Positions 1 through 13,484 of a stretch of DNA of 64,000 bases are shown piece after piece (the stretch's first letter is position 1; the number at the start of each line of letters is the position of its first letter). The notes beneath the pieces were generated by a model, which ran no database searches, was not told the origin of the DNA, and was given only the letters and a program-made list of their open reading frames with translations. The position numbers and the translations under genes are program-made. The DNA is from Balanoglossus misakiensis (taxonomy: Eukaryota; Animalia; Hemichordata): contig CM082584.2 of the NCBI GenBank assembly GCA_040954595.2, positions 2,945,344 to 3,009,343 on the forward strand, given 5' to 3'.

Positions 1-473
1 CATGTCCAATTGATTGGAATCTTGGTATGAAGGTTCATAGGGCTTACCTGAATCACATTTGTGCAAACGGTGGTGAAATTTGAAACTTGTTAAAGAGGTT
101 CTTAGGCATGAACAGAAATCAGATTTGTTGAAATCTGGTGAAATATTAATACTTTTTGGTATATTTCTTGCCATTTTTGATCAAAGAGAATTCCATAGAC
201 TTATCTTTTTATGCAGTTCAGGATGGGGTACATGACTCATATTTGTTGCAGATATTCAAAAAAAGTTGTTATCAAATGGGAGCAATACTTTTGTCATTCG
301 CAGTATTTTATGATAGGGTGACATTTAATTGGCATGTACTTTCTACTGGTTTTTTAACTTTCACTTTTGCACAGCTACCACTCAAACCATACATTGTTTT
401 TATTTATTTTACAGATTACATCTACAAGACGAAGTCGTGTGAGACTGCTCAAGACATTGATTTGGTCATTAAC

Positions 474-2407
474 AGGCTCACATTTGGCTGTTTAAAGGCT
501 CATACTTGCATATTTGGCCATTGGAAGGCTCACATTTGAACATTTGGCCGTTGGAAGGCTCATATTTGCACATTTGGCCATTAGAAGGCTCATATTTGCA
601 CATTTGGCCGTTGGAAGGCTCATATTTGAACATTTGGCCGTTAGAAGGCTCATATTTGGGTGTTTGAAGGCTCATACTTGCATATTTGGCCGTTGAAAGG
701 CTCATATTTGCACATTTGGCCGTTGAAAGGCTCATATTTGCACATTTGGCCGTTGAAAGGCTCATATTTGCACATTTGGCCATTAGAAGGCTCATATTTG
801 CACATTTGGCCGTTGAAAGGCTCATATTTGCACATTTGGCCGTTAGAAGGCTCATGATTGGCTGTTTGAAGGCTCATACTTGCATATTTGGCCGTTGAAA
901 GGCTCATATTTGCACATTTGGCCGTTAGAAGGCTCATATTTGAACATTTGGCCGTTAGAAGGCTCATATTTGGCTGTTTGAAGGCTCATACTTGCATATT
1001 TGGCCGTTGAAAGCACATATTTGCCCATTTTGCCGTTAGAAGGCTCATATTTGGCTGTTTGAAGGCTCATACTTGCATATTTGGCCGTTGAAAGGCTCAT
1101 ATTTGCACATTTGGCCGTTGGAAGGCTCATATTTGCACATTTGGCCGTTGGAAGGCTCATATTTGCACATTTGGCCGTTGGAAGGCTCATACTTGCATAT
1201 TTGGCTGTTAGAAGGCTCATATTTGCACATTTGGCCATTAGAAGGCTCATATTTGCACATTTGGCCGTTGGAAGGCTCATATTTGAACATTTGGCCGTTA
1301 GAAGGCTCATATTTGGGTGTTTGAAGGCTTATACTTGCATATTTGGCCGTTGAAAGGCTCATATTTGCACATTTGGCCGTTGGAAGGCTCATATTTGCAC
1401 ATTTGGCCGTTAGAAGGGTTATATTTGGCTGTTTGAAGGCTCATACTTGCATATTTGGCCGTTGAAAGGCTCATATTTGAACATTTGGCCGTTGGAAGGC
1501 TCATATTTGCACATTTGGCCGTTGGAAGGCTCATATTTGAACATTTGGCCGTTGAAAGGCTCATATTTGCACATTTGGCCGTTGGAAGGCTCATATTTGA
1601 ACATTTGGCCGTTAGAAGGCTCATATTTGGCTGTTTGAAGGCTCATACTTGCATATTTGGCCGTTGAAAGGCTCATATTTGCACATTCGGCCGTTGGAAG
1701 GCTCATATTTGCACATTTGGCCGTTGGAAGGCTCATATTTGAACATTTGGCCGTTAGAAGGCTCATATTTTGCTGTTTGAAGGCTCATATTTGCACATTT
1801 GGCCGTTGGAAGGCTCATATTTGCACATTTGGCCGTTGGAAGGCTCATATTTGAACATTTGGCCGTTAGAAGGCTCATATTTGGCTGTTTGAAGGCTCAT
1901 ACTTGCATATTTGGCCGTTGAAAGGCTCATATTTGCACATTTGGCCGTTGGAAGGCTCATATTTGCACATTTTGCCGTTAGAAGGGTCATATTTGGCTGT
2001 TTGAAGGCTCATACTTGCATATTTGGCCGTTGAAAGGCTCATATTTGCACATTTGGCCGTTGAAAGGCTCAAATTTGCACATTTGGCCGTTGGAAGGCTC
2101 ATTTTTGAACATTTGGCCTTTAGAAGGCTCATATTTGGCTGTTTGAAGGCTCATACTTGCATATTTGGCCGTTGAAAGGCTCATATTTGCACATTTGGCC
2201 GTTGAAAGGCTCATATTTGCACATTTGGCCGTTGAAAGGCTCATATTTGAACATTTGGCCTTTAGAAGGCTCATATTTGGCTGTTTGAAGGCTCATACTT
2301 GCATATTTGGCCGTTGGAAGGCTCATATTTGAACATTTGGCTGTTAGAAGGCTCATATTTGGCCGTTGAAAGGCTCATATTTGCACATTCGGCCATTGGA
2401 AGGCTCA
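474..2407. repeat. 30-bp minisatellite (GGCTCATATTTGCACATTTGGCCGTTG(G/A)AA) with interspersed 22-bp variant unit (GGCTCATATTTGGCTGTTTGAA)
   Basis: Directly visible tandem periodicity. The many overlapping repetitive ORFs in the track come from the repeat, and the 22-bp units shift frame repeatedly. Confidence 0.97.
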
Positions 2408-2772
2408 TTGAACGCTCACTATTATAATAATCACACTTGCTATCATAAGAATCAATTAAATATTTGAAAATTGGAAGATTTGAGTACTTGCTTTTATCTT
2501 AGTGTGACTGCCACAAGATATATATTCACAACATACAGAGATATATTTTATTTATTCTTGGTGTTTTATCAAATAATCCATCCTAGAGAAATACAGAGAC
2601 CATTTGCATTTACTCCAGATCATATCTTTTTGATACTGTAAGTACTTGAATAATCTGAAGGAATCTTATCACATCTGTAACAAGTTGAATACATCAATAC
2701 AATGAGAGTAAAGAAATTAAGCACAAAGGCCAAAAATAAAAAGAGAAAGTTGCATCTCCAACATAAAAGACA

Positions 2773-3273
2773 ATGTCATCAAATTCTTATGGAAAGGTTG
2801 TTATTGAGGGTGATGGCAATTGTCTATTTAGGGCTATAAGTCAAGGCCTATTTGCAACTCAGATTCATCATAATGCTGTTAGATTACAAACTGTAAACTA
2901 GATATGTGATCATTGGGATGAATATAAAGATTTCATTATTGCTGAATATCAGAGATTTAGTGTAAATAATCAAGATGACTACAGGCAGTACATGTCTAAA
3001 TCTGATCCAGGTTTTGCAACTTTTGGTGGCCATATTGAAATAACTGCAGCTGCTTCAGCATACAATGTGAAGATTGCAGTTCATTTAGATATTCTCAATG
3101 AACCATTTCTCATAGAGGGTGATTCCTCAGTGACAATACACCTGTTATATCATGCAATCCGTGAACAAGGACAAATTGATAGTGGTCACTATGACTTCCA
3201 TGAGATAACAGATACACATCTTACACAGACACTTGAGGACTCTGATCATGAATCGGGCAAACACATGATATGA
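2773..3273 (+). pseudogene. OTU-like cysteine protease domain at the Helentron N-terminus, in-frame stop TAG 2899-2901
   Basis: ATG 2773 translates MSSNSYGKVVIEGDGNCLFRAISQGLF...QTVN*ICDHWDEYK..., in frame with the ORF 2992-3273 (FGGHIEITAAA, IHLLYH, GHYD). Confidence 0.88.
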
Positions 3274-4553
3274 TCACAACACATAATATAGGCTTTGCAA
3301 GTTATAGGGAAAGGGAAAAAGAGAGAGACAAGAAGAGAAAGCAAGAAAAAAGAAAAAATGTTGACTTTAAGGAGAATGAAAAACAAAGAGACTTATCATA
3401 TAAAAGAATCAAAAGATCTAATAGTTGGTGGAGGCAAAATGAACAGCAGAGAAATGTAGAATCAATGAAATTAAGACGGTCTGATGAAGTGTACAGAAAA
3501 TGTGAACAACAGAGAAATGTTCAATCAATGATATTAAGACAGTCCGATCAAGGGTACATACAAAGTGAACAACAGAGAAATGTTCAATCAATGAAATTGA
3601 GACGGTCCGATGAAGTTTACAGACAACGTGAACAACAGAGAAATGTTGAATCAATGAAATTAAGACGGTCTGATGAAATGTACAGACAACGTGAACAACA
3701 GAGAAATGTTGAATCAATGAAATTAAGACGGTCTGATGAAGTGTACAGACAATCTGAAAGGGAAGCAGATGCAAGAGCTAAGAAAATTAACAGAAATTGT
3801 GTTGGTGCCAAATCAATTAAAGAGCTTATTGATGTATTTCATAAATCAGTTCAGAATGGTCCAACATTTGTATGTGTGTGCTGTGAACAGCTGTGGTACA
3901 GAGAAAGTGTTGTAAACTACAATAATATCCAAAGTAAATTTTCATTATTTTCATCAACCCATGTAAATGCAAATGCCACAACTGATGAAATGTCACCATT
4001 ATGTAGAACTTGCTACTCGTATTTAAAAGACTCAAAGCTGCCACCCTGTGCTGTAGCAAACAAAATGTCATTTCCAGTAATCCCACCAGAGTTACAATTA
4101 CATCCACTTGAAGAAAGACTTGTGGCCTTGCGTATTCCTTTCATGCAAATAAGAGAATTGCCACGGGGTAGACAAATTAGTCTCAAAGGCAATATTGTCA
4201 ATGTCATAGCAGATGTCTCTAGTACTGTTTCGACATTACCGAGAACTATCAATGAATCACAAACAATACCAGTCAAATTCAAGAGGAAAATCAGCTACAA
4301 TCATGCCTACCAAGTTGAAAATGTTAGACCTCAGAAAGTTTTAATAGCAGCAAAGTGGTTAGTTGAAAACAGTCCTTTGTATAAAGCAGAAAAGATAACA
4401 ATTGGTACAAATTGGAACGTTTGTGATCAAAATGAGTCTGATGATAACTGGGAAGAATTTTTGAACAATAATGGTACAAATCTTGCTTCTGAATTATGTG
4501 AACCGGTCCAAATGGATACATCTGCTGAAAATTCTTGGCAAGACAGTTCATGA
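3270..4553 (+). pseudogene. Helentron Rep/Hel N-terminal part: charged 21-aa repeats, CVCC...CRTC Zn-finger, DUF6570-like region
   Basis: ORF 427 aa with EQQRNVESMKLRRSDEVYRQR repeats, GPTFVCVCCEQLWY, LCRTC, LHPLEERLVALRIPFMQI, GNIVNV. Frameshifted relative to the OTU part. Confidence 0.85.
3441..3756 (+). repeat. 63-bp in-frame tandem repeat, ~5 copies
   Basis: GAACA(A/G)CAGAGAAATGT recurs every 63 bp (3441, 3504, ...). Confidence 0.93.
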
Positions 4554-5516
4554 AAAGGAGTACACAGACAATGATATATTAAATATGTCGTGGAACACAA
4601 AGTCGGAACTGATCAAATCAGACCTTGTTACTTGTGCTCGACACTTTGATCATTGCTTTCAGCAATTAATGCATGATTTTCTTCTGAGCTCACATCATCC
4701 ACTTGGTAAAATACAGGACTACTTTTACAGAGTTGAATTTCAACAAAGAGGGTCACCACATGTACACATGCTTGTATGGATCAAAGATGCACCAGTATAT
4801 GGTGAAAATGATAATGATAAAATTACCAATTTCATAGATCAGTATATTACATGTAGCAATGAAACCAGTGATGAAAACCTTGCAGAATTGATAAATTATC
4901 AAATGCATAGACATGCAAAAACATGTAAACTGAAAGGTCAGTGTGTTTGTAGATTTGGCTTTCCTCTTCCACCTATGCCAAGAACAATGATATTGGAACC
5001 ATTACCCATGGATATTGATGAAACAACAGAACAGAGACTTACAGAACACTATAAACATATTAAAAGTGTACTTGCTGATTTACAATGTGGAGAAAATATC
5101 TCATTTGATGAATTCTTAGATAAAATACAACTAGATGAACAGACCTACATTAATGCACTACAGTCATCTCTAACATCAGAGAAAATCTTCCTCAAGAGAT
5201 CCCCAAATGAAATCAGAATCAATAATTACAATGAAATTCTACTGAAAGCATGGAGAGCAAATATGGACATTCAATTTATTATAGATCCATATGCCTGTGC
5301 TATGTACATAGCATCTTACATCAGTAAAGCTCAACGAGGAGTGAGTAACTTGCTCGCTAGAGCTGTAGATGAAGTGAGAGAAGGAAATCAAGACATCAGG
5401 GAAAGTGTCAGACACATAGGAAACAAATTCCTAAATCATGTTGAAGTTAGTGCTCAAGAAGCTGTCTATCTTACAATGCAAATGAAATTAAGAAGAGCTT
5501 CACGAGATGTCATATT
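4509..5516 (+). pseudogene. Helitron Rep (HUH endonuclease) domain, N-terminally deleted, interrupted at 5516
   Basis: KWIHLLKILG, DLVTCARHFD, YRVEFQQRGSPHVHMLVW (HUH motif), QMHRHAKTC, CRFGFP, ANMDIQF, YACAMYIASYISK (catalytic Tyr motif), VSAQEAVY. Confidence 0.92.
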
Positions 5517-5970
5517 GAACACCTATTGCCTGGCCATGAGGGCCATAGCGGCCGTTTATTACACCCGAGGGGCTGTGAGTTACCAGAATCATATGCTATT
5601 TCCCGAGGCCGCAGGCCGAGGGAAATAGCATATGATTCTGGTAACTCACAGCCACGAGGGGGTAAAAACGGCTGCTATGGCCCGAATATAGGCCAGGCTA
5701 TAGGTGTTTTATAATAAACCTCATGCTAACAGCTGGGAAAATCTTGCAATTTTCTCTTGAGGTTGGCAGACGACATCTTCCGCGGTGGCCATTGTGTCAG
5801 ACGACGCGACGCTGATTGACGTGACCGAGTCTGCGCACTCACGCTGGTCACGTGACCGGTTTATATTTTTTGTGCTATTTCCCTAGCGGTTCATAGTCGA
5901 TTCTATTTTCCTATCACGTGACGGATTCTGGCGAATCACGGCACAGTATTAGCATGAGGTATATTATAAT
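5517..5970. mobile_element. ~454-bp non-autonomous element with a ~190-bp palindrome and a 21-bp inverted repeat pair, inserted without TSD (Crypton-like, tentative)
   Basis: Removing it restores gat gtc ata tt|t gtt aat aca (DVIFVNT) in frame. Palindrome ~5518-5709 centred on GAGGCCGCAGGCCGAG; TTATAATAAACCTCATGCTAA (5709-5729) vs TTAGCATGAGGTATATTATAA (5949-5969). Confidence 0.85.
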
Positions 5971-6483
5971 TGTTAATACAGCACCTCCTAATGATCGAGT
6001 TATCCTACTGAAACCACTGGACGAAATACAAAATATGCCAGCAAATGCTACTGATATAGAAAGTGACAACATCTTGAAAAAATATGAGCGTCGTCCAAAG
6101 GCCCTTGAGAATTTGTGCTTGGCAGATTTTGCAGCTTGGTATAAATTTGAAAAGGAAAAAGATGATGAGCTAGATAAGAAAGACAACGATGATTTGTACA
6201 ACAATGAGGACGAGGAGGGTCAAACAACTTATCGTGTGGGCAGCCTTATCTACAAGAAACGCACAAAAAGTAAAGTCATCCGATATGTTCGTTTCCATAA
6301 AGAAAGAGACACAGAAAATCATTACAGAGAGTTGGTAATGTTGTTTTATCATTGGCGATATGAAAATCAACTAATGGCTGGTTGTAATACATACTACGAG
6401 CGCTATTTACAAGTCAAACAGCAAGTAGATACTAAACAAAAAGAATACAATAAAAATGCTGAGGCATTAGATCAAGCAATTGA
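5971..6483 (+). pseudogene. Helentron Rep-helicase linker region
   Basis: VNTAPPNDRVILLK, KYERRPKALENLCLADFAAWY, VIRYVRF, ENHYRELVMLFYHWR, typical of Helitron Rep/Hel proteins. Confidence 0.85.
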
Positions 6484-8912
6484 TAACTTCTCCTACACAT
6501 CGTGCTGGCCATACTATTGACCATATCATTACTCGTGCTGATGACAGTACCATCGCTGATGTCCGAGTTGAACCGATCCATGCGATCTCTGATCATTTCC
6601 CAGTGTTATTCTCAATACGCAATTACTCTTACGTTAGAAACACGCGTAAATCTGTTACATCAAGTGATATGAAATCCTTTTCCGCTAATGGTTTCGCTGC
6701 TGAATTATTTGCATCCATCCGCCTTCAACCCGATGCTGACGTATCTACTAATTGGGATTTGCTTAAAAACACTGTTAGCGATATATTTGATCGCCATGCA
6801 CCAACCCGTGTGAGACTAGTGCCAAATAGGCGACCAGTGCCATGGATTAATCAGTCAATCATCGATGCCCGGTTGAAAAGAATGAAGGCAGAAAAAATGT
6901 GGAGAAAATCTAGGTTGGAAGTACATCGCCAGATTTACAGGGCCTGTCGGACCGACGTCGTTCGCCTTGTGGATGCTGCTAAAAAGAACCATTATGTCGG
7001 CCTTGTTGACGAGTGCTCAGGTAACCAAAAACAATTATTCAAGGTCGTAAAGGGACTGCTTGGTCACAATAACACATCCACTGTACTACCAAAACATGAT
7101 GATTCTCTGGAATTAGCAAATCGTTTTGCAAAATTCTTCATTAATCGCGTAAAATCACTAACTATAAATATGGGCAATTCCATTCGACATCATTCACAAC
7201 CACAAGCTGAATTGAAATCCGATTGTCGCCTTAATGCCTTTGAGCCTACAACAGCTGATGAAATTGACAAGGTTATTCGTGCATCGCCTTCATCTACTTG
7301 TCGCCTTGATCCGATTCCTACCAAGATCTTCAAACATTCTGACATTTTACAAGTTTTGTAACCACATATCACAGAAATCTTCAATAACTCTCTGCAGTAT
7401 GGTGTTGTACCTGCCCATTTCAAGGAAGCCATCGTTAAACCTCTACTTAAAAAGCCATCTCTTGATCATGAAGTTCTCAAAAATTTCCGTCCTGTATCCA
7501 ACCTGCCGTTTTTGTCGAAGATCCTGGAACGTATTGTTGCCAAGAGACTGACTTCTCACATTGTCAACCATTCATTGGACGAGCCTTTGCAATCTGCTTA
7601 CAAGCCAGGACACAGTACTGAGACTGCTCTCCTCAAAGTAACAAATGACATTTTGCTTGCTCTTGATGAAAAAAGAGATGTTTTCTTGGTATTACTCGAT
7701 CTTTCCGCAGCATTTGACACTGTGAACCATATCATTTTACTCAATCGCTTAAGAGACCGCTTCGGTCTCTCAGATACTGTTCTCATGTGGTTTAAGTCAT
7801 ACCTTTCCAATCGTAGTCAGTGTGTACTTGTAAATTCCACCCAATCACCTTTCTATCCGCTCGACACTGGGGTACCACAGGGATCAGCTCTTGGTCCCAT
7901 ACTTTTCAATATGTACACGTCTCCATTAGGTGAATTAGTTCAAAGTCATGGTTGTCTTTATAGTTTTTATGCAGATGACTCTTCACTTTATATGTCTTTT
8001 AGTAAAGACAACGCAGCAAGAACTGTTTCAAATCTTGAACTTTGTATTTCTGATGTTAGGTTTTGGATGTCTGAAAACTTCTTGTGCTTAAACGATGATA
8101 AGACTGAATTTGTTATTTTCTCTGGTATTTTGGGTGATCTGTCTGCTAGAGGGATTTCAGAAATTCGTGTTGGCGATTCTCTGATTCCCGTCCATTGTCA
8201 GGCTAAGAGCCTTGGAGTGATCATTGACTCTTGTCTGACAATGAAGCCACATATTGGACAGATCTGCCGCTCTGCCACTTTTCATTTACGTCGCATTGCG
8301 CTTATCCGCAAATATTTATCTCATTCAGCTACAGAGCAATTAGTTCATGCATTCATTACGTCTCGAATTGATTCATGTAATTCACTTTTATTTGGGCTCC
8401 CGAAGTATTCAATCAACCGTATCCAACGCGTTCAGAATATTGCTGCTAGAATTGTAACTCGTTCTAAAATCACCTGTCACATCACTCCAATTTTGTATCA
8501 GTTGCACTGGCTACCTGTTACAGAGCGTATTGTTTTTAAGATGTTAGTTCTCATTTTTAAATCCATTCATAAACTTGGTCCAATCTATCTTTCTAGCATG
8601 ACTAATCTATATGTTCCATGTCGCAATTTAAGGTCAGCTGATCAGTTCAAACTCTGCCCTGTTCGATCACGCACCAAGAGTTATGGTGATCGTGCTTTTA
8701 CTGTTGCTGCTCCAATTCTTTGGAATAATCTTCCACTCACCATTCGCCAGGCACCAGACTTATCTGTTTTTAAATCAAATGTTAAAACTTTACTTTTTAA
8801 ATCTGTTTTTTAGCCATTTGTTGTATTGTACTTTTGCTTTAAGCGTCATTGATCACATTTTTTTGTGGATTCTGACGCTATACAAATAAATTATTATTAT
8901 TATTATTATTAT
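6484..8912 (+). mobile_element. 5'-truncated L2-clade LINE (end of APE domain + RT), one nonsense codon TAA 7359-7361, (TTA)n tail
   Basis: [73 protein letters not shown]; ORFs 6480-7361 and 7512-8813 are in the same frame. 3' GCGTCA...TGACGC stem then AATAAA(TTA)n. The empty site is visible in the duplicate at ~16040. Confidence 0.93.
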
Positions 8913-10410
8913 AGTACAGAGTACAGCTGTGGATATGTTTGACAACATTGTTCCAAATACAGAACATCAGGAAAGACAAGACTCTGCAGAAGGATGTAGA
9001 CAAAGTAACACAATGAACATATTTGCCCCACAGGATGACAGTCATTCACATTATGACATAGGTCAAGACATTGGTATTGCTGTAAACAATCCTAATATTA
9101 ATGAACTTCTACACCCACGAATGCCTGACACTGAACTTTACCCCCTTTTACAGACTCTTAACAAGAAGCAAAAAGAAATATTCTATCATGTAATTCAATG
9201 GATTAAAACAAAAACAGATCCTTTGCATGTATTTGTAACAGGCGGAGCAGGTGTTGGTAAATCTCTTGTTCTGAAATCACTCTATCAAGTACTATTGAAA
9301 CATCTTTCAAGTCTTCCCGGTCAAAATCCTGACAATGTATTCATTTTACTCATGGCACCAACAGGCAAGGCGGCATACAATAGTAAGGGTAGTACAATTC
9401 ACTCAGCACTACAAATTCCTGCAAGTCAAGGATTTCACTATCGACCATTAACATCAGAAAGACTAAATACTTTGCAAGCAAAATATAGAAATCTGAAAGT
9501 CATTTTCATTGATGAAATCTCCATGGTTGGCAATGGTATGTTCAACTACATCAACCTTAGACTGAAACAAATCATGGCAAATAATCAACTCTTTGGTGGT
9601 GTCAATATAGTTGCATTTGGAGACCTATATCAATTAAAGCCTGTCTTTGATGGCTGGATATTTCATGACCTTAGGCATGATTATGGGCCACTTGCTTTGA
9701 ATATATGGAAAGAACTGTTCCAAATGTTTGAACTAACAGGTATTATGTGCCAAAAAGATTACTTGAATTTTGAAGAATTACTGAATCGTGTACGGGAAGG
9801 AAAACACACATCAGATGACATAAGTATTCTCAAAACTCGGATAGTACAAAGCAATAATGTAAGTCCACCTTATGATGATTCAATAGTTCATCTGTATTGT
9901 GAGAACAAACTTGTTGATGATCATAATATGTCAGTGTATGATAGACTCACAGAAACTAAAACAAATGTATTTGCTACTGATACTGTAATTGGGGATGTCT
10001 CTGAAACAGTGAAACAAAAAACATTAGCCATAGTTACAATGTTAGGCCCTCAAAAGACAATGGGATTAGTATCTCAATTATCTGTTGGAATATATCAACG
10101 AGTTGAACTCTGTATGAATCTGTGTGTTGATGATGGATTAATAAACGGTACTCCAGGAATAATCAAGTTTATTGATGGACCAGACTTGGATGATGTCACA
10201 ATTCTATGGATTTTATTTGATGATAGCGCTGTTGGCAAGGCACTGCGACAAGAAAAACGTCATTTATACCACAGAAAAATAACCAAATCATGGACACCCA
10301 TTGCACAGATATCACGGCAGTTCAGAGTAGGAAGACACAGGAATGCTGAAGTTGTTAGAAAACAATTTCCCATTAGACTAGCCAGTGGAAAAACTGTCCA
10401 CCGTTGCCAA
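8913..10410 (+). pseudogene. PIF1-family helicase of the Helentron (left copy), truncated after GKTVHRCQ
   Basis: Walker A GGAGVGKS, APTGKAA, STIHS, IDEISMV, FGDLYQLKPV, DGLING, QFPIRLA...TVHRCQ. Sequence switches to LINE DNA at 10411. Confidence 0.93.
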
Positions 10411-10479
10411 ATCTCAAAACAATAGTTGGTAGTCAAACAACGCGGTGACAAAGTAAACAGGTTTATAAAAGAGGTTAAA

Positions 10480-13402
10480 TTAATCTATGCTCAACAGATA
10501 CATTTTCAGAGAGCTTTTAAATAAATTCCTTGATTGAATTGATTTTATTTGTGTAGGAATTTCATTCCAATGCTTGGCAATAGAATAGTATAAATTATTT
10601 TGAGATGAAGTAAGTTTTACTTTGGGAAGCGTAAACTTATCAGTAGAGGCAAATCTTGTAGAATATTTGTGTGATACAAATGAAGCATAGCGATCTAGTG
10701 AGTGGGCGTAATGCCCTGCCTTTAGATCATACGCAAAAACACAAGTTTGAAATTTACAGAGTTTGTAAACATTAAGAATTCCAAGTTGCTGAAAAAGTGG
10801 TTCACTATGTGTATTGGGGCTAAAAAATGTTATAAGTCTTACAAGTCTCTTTTGCAATTTGAAAATACAATCTAAATAGGTTTTATACGCATTTCCCCAT
10901 ATTTCGATCCAATACATTATATGGGGAAGGATAAGACAATTGCATAATAATAAAATTATAGACTTAGGGAGATAATGGCGTACATATGAAATAATACCGA
11001 TTTTTTGGCTAACCTTCTTAAAAATACTGTTGATGTGAGACTTCCAGGATAATGATGAGTCAAGAGTAACTCCAAGATAAACAGCAGAAGAAACATTATG
11101 TAATGGTAAATCAGAGACATATAAATCCCCCTCAGGCTTAAACTTTGCCTGGGCTGTTTTGAAAATAACATAGTTTGTTTTGTCAATATTAATAGTAAGT
11201 TTATTTGACTTACAGCAGGTCTGTACTTTAGTTAGCTCAACATTCAGAGTGGCAAGATCGATTTTGTCCTGCTTATCTGAACAAAATAAATTGGTATCGT
11301 CAGCAAATAACCTGAATTGAAAATAGTCTGAGGAACTGCAGATATCATTTATATATACTAAAAAAAGAAGTGGACCTAGAATTGATCCCTGTGAAATCCC
11401 CCAGGAGATCCTTTTCGCTTTTGAAGTGCAATTATTGACCTTGACATACTGCTGTCGGTCTTCTATATAAGTCTTAAACCAATTAAGTGTGGATCCCCTA
11501 ATCCCATAGTGGCATAGCTTAGCTAACAAAATTGTGTGGTTAATCGTATCAAATGCCTTTTTAAAATCAATAAAGATACCAAAGGTAACAAGACCGTTAT
11601 CAATGTGCTTTGATATTTCAGTTGTGAGATCTGCTAAAGCTAACTTAGTACTATATTTCTTACGAAATCCATATTGGCTGTTAGTGAGAATATCAAATTT
11701 TTCGAAAAAAGAACACAGTTGCTTATTTACAATAGACTCATACAGCTTACTAAAGATTGGCAAGACAGAGATAGGTCTGTAATTTCCTATTTCATGAACA
11801 CAGCCCTTTTTAAAAATTGGTGTTACTCTTGCCATTTTCAGTTTCTCTGGAAAAATACCCTGTGACAAGGAAATATTAACAATATGAGCAAATGGTTCTG
11901 TAATATAATCAGCTGCTTCCTTTACAAGTTTTGGATATATTTCATCAAAACCAGCAGCTTTACAATGGTCTAATAAATTAATTTCTCTGAGTATATCACC
12001 AGAATGCACAGGATGCAAAAAGAAAGAATTAAAATGACGAATACCAAGGTAATCATTGAAATTAGTGCTACAATTGTATTTGTGATGCTAGATTTTGTCC
12101 AATGTTGACAAAAAAAGAATTAAAAGCGTCAGCTATATCAATATTTTTAGTAACAAAATTCCCAGGGTTTTTGTCATCTTTTATTTTTTGTGGAGCATTA
12201 ACCTTTGAATTTTTGTTCAGGATTTTATTGATGACTTGCCATTTCTTGTGGTCCTTCCCAGAGGCTACAGACAATTGCAATTTATCACAAAAATGCTTCT
12301 TTTTTGCTCGTCGCATCAGCTTTGTTAACAGGTTGCGATAAAGTTTGTACTCTTGATGAATAGATGAGCTTGCAGAATGGCGTTTTGTTTTGGAGAACAT
12401 CTTATGCTTGTTTTTGATTGAGACCAGAAGTCCTTTTGTGATCCATGGTTTCCGTAAGCGCTTACGCTGGTTTGAACACCGTTTGACTGGCACGTGTCTT
12501 GTTGCCATATCATGAAACAATTTGTAAAAGGTATTATAGGCAACATTCGGATCATCAGAGTCGTAAACATCCTGCCAAGAAATATTTGCAAAGTCATTTT
12601 TATAAGAAACTGGATCAAATGAAGAAAAATCACACTTGAAATCAGTTGTTTCAACATTGAATACATGGCGTAAATCCTTAAAGATGGCAAAGATGGGATA
12701 ATGGTCACTTATATCAGTCTGTACTGTCCCACTTTCAATGAACTGGTCACGAAAATTTACATGACAATGATCTATTAATGTGGAGGTGTGAGTAGTTATT
12801 CTGGTCGGTACATCCATGATTTGATAAAAATTATTACCACTAAGAGTAGCGATATATTCATTAAAGACAGTGTTATCGCCATCTATATTTATATTGAAAT
12901 CCCCAAGTAAAACGCATTTTTTGTTGGTAATGCGTAGATTATCAAGACAATCTGATAAACTGGTTAAAAATTCCTGAGTAGGTGTATTTGGTCTGCGATA
13001 TAAGACACCTATGATGACCTTGCTTTTTTCAAGTAGGATTTCAACAAAAGGACATTCGCAATGTTGGAGAACAACTGAGTCTATTATAGAGTATGATAAC
13101 GACTCGTGTAAATAGAGACCAACACCTCCTCCTCTGGAAACAGCTCTACATTTATGAACAAAGTTGTATGAAGGGAGGTTATATAATGATGCATCAACAC
13201 CTGGGTCTAGCCATGTTTCACTGAGGGCAATGACAGAAAATTTGCATTTCAATAGCGACAGAACAACTGACAAGTCATCAAAGTGACGTCTGATCGATCT
13301 ATTATTCAAATGAAGAGTTGAAAATGACTGCAGTGTTAGAAGGGAATCGTTTGCATTAAATTCGTCCAAAGTATAAGACTTACAATTATAGTTATTTTGC
13401 AA
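10480..13402 (-). pseudogene. LINE ORF2 (APE endonuclease + reverse transcriptase), frameshift near 12070
   Basis: LSETWL, RGGGVG, GDFN, PTRIT..LIDH, SDHYPIF, KPWIT in 12068-13402; NYRPISVLP, QYGFRK, FIDFKKAFDT, QGSILGP, FADD, YLGV in 10480-12018; the two ORFs are in different frames. Confidence 0.92.
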
Positions 13403-13484
13403 GAAGTGGTCTGTGGTTTCGCCGATGATGAGTTTGCTTGTACACTATGAGGTGATGAATAAACAATACTAAGCTTTACCAGTA

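Noticed and set aside
478-2356. Dozens of overlapping repetitive ORFs
   Set aside because: Products of the 30-bp minisatellite; the 22-bp units break every frame.
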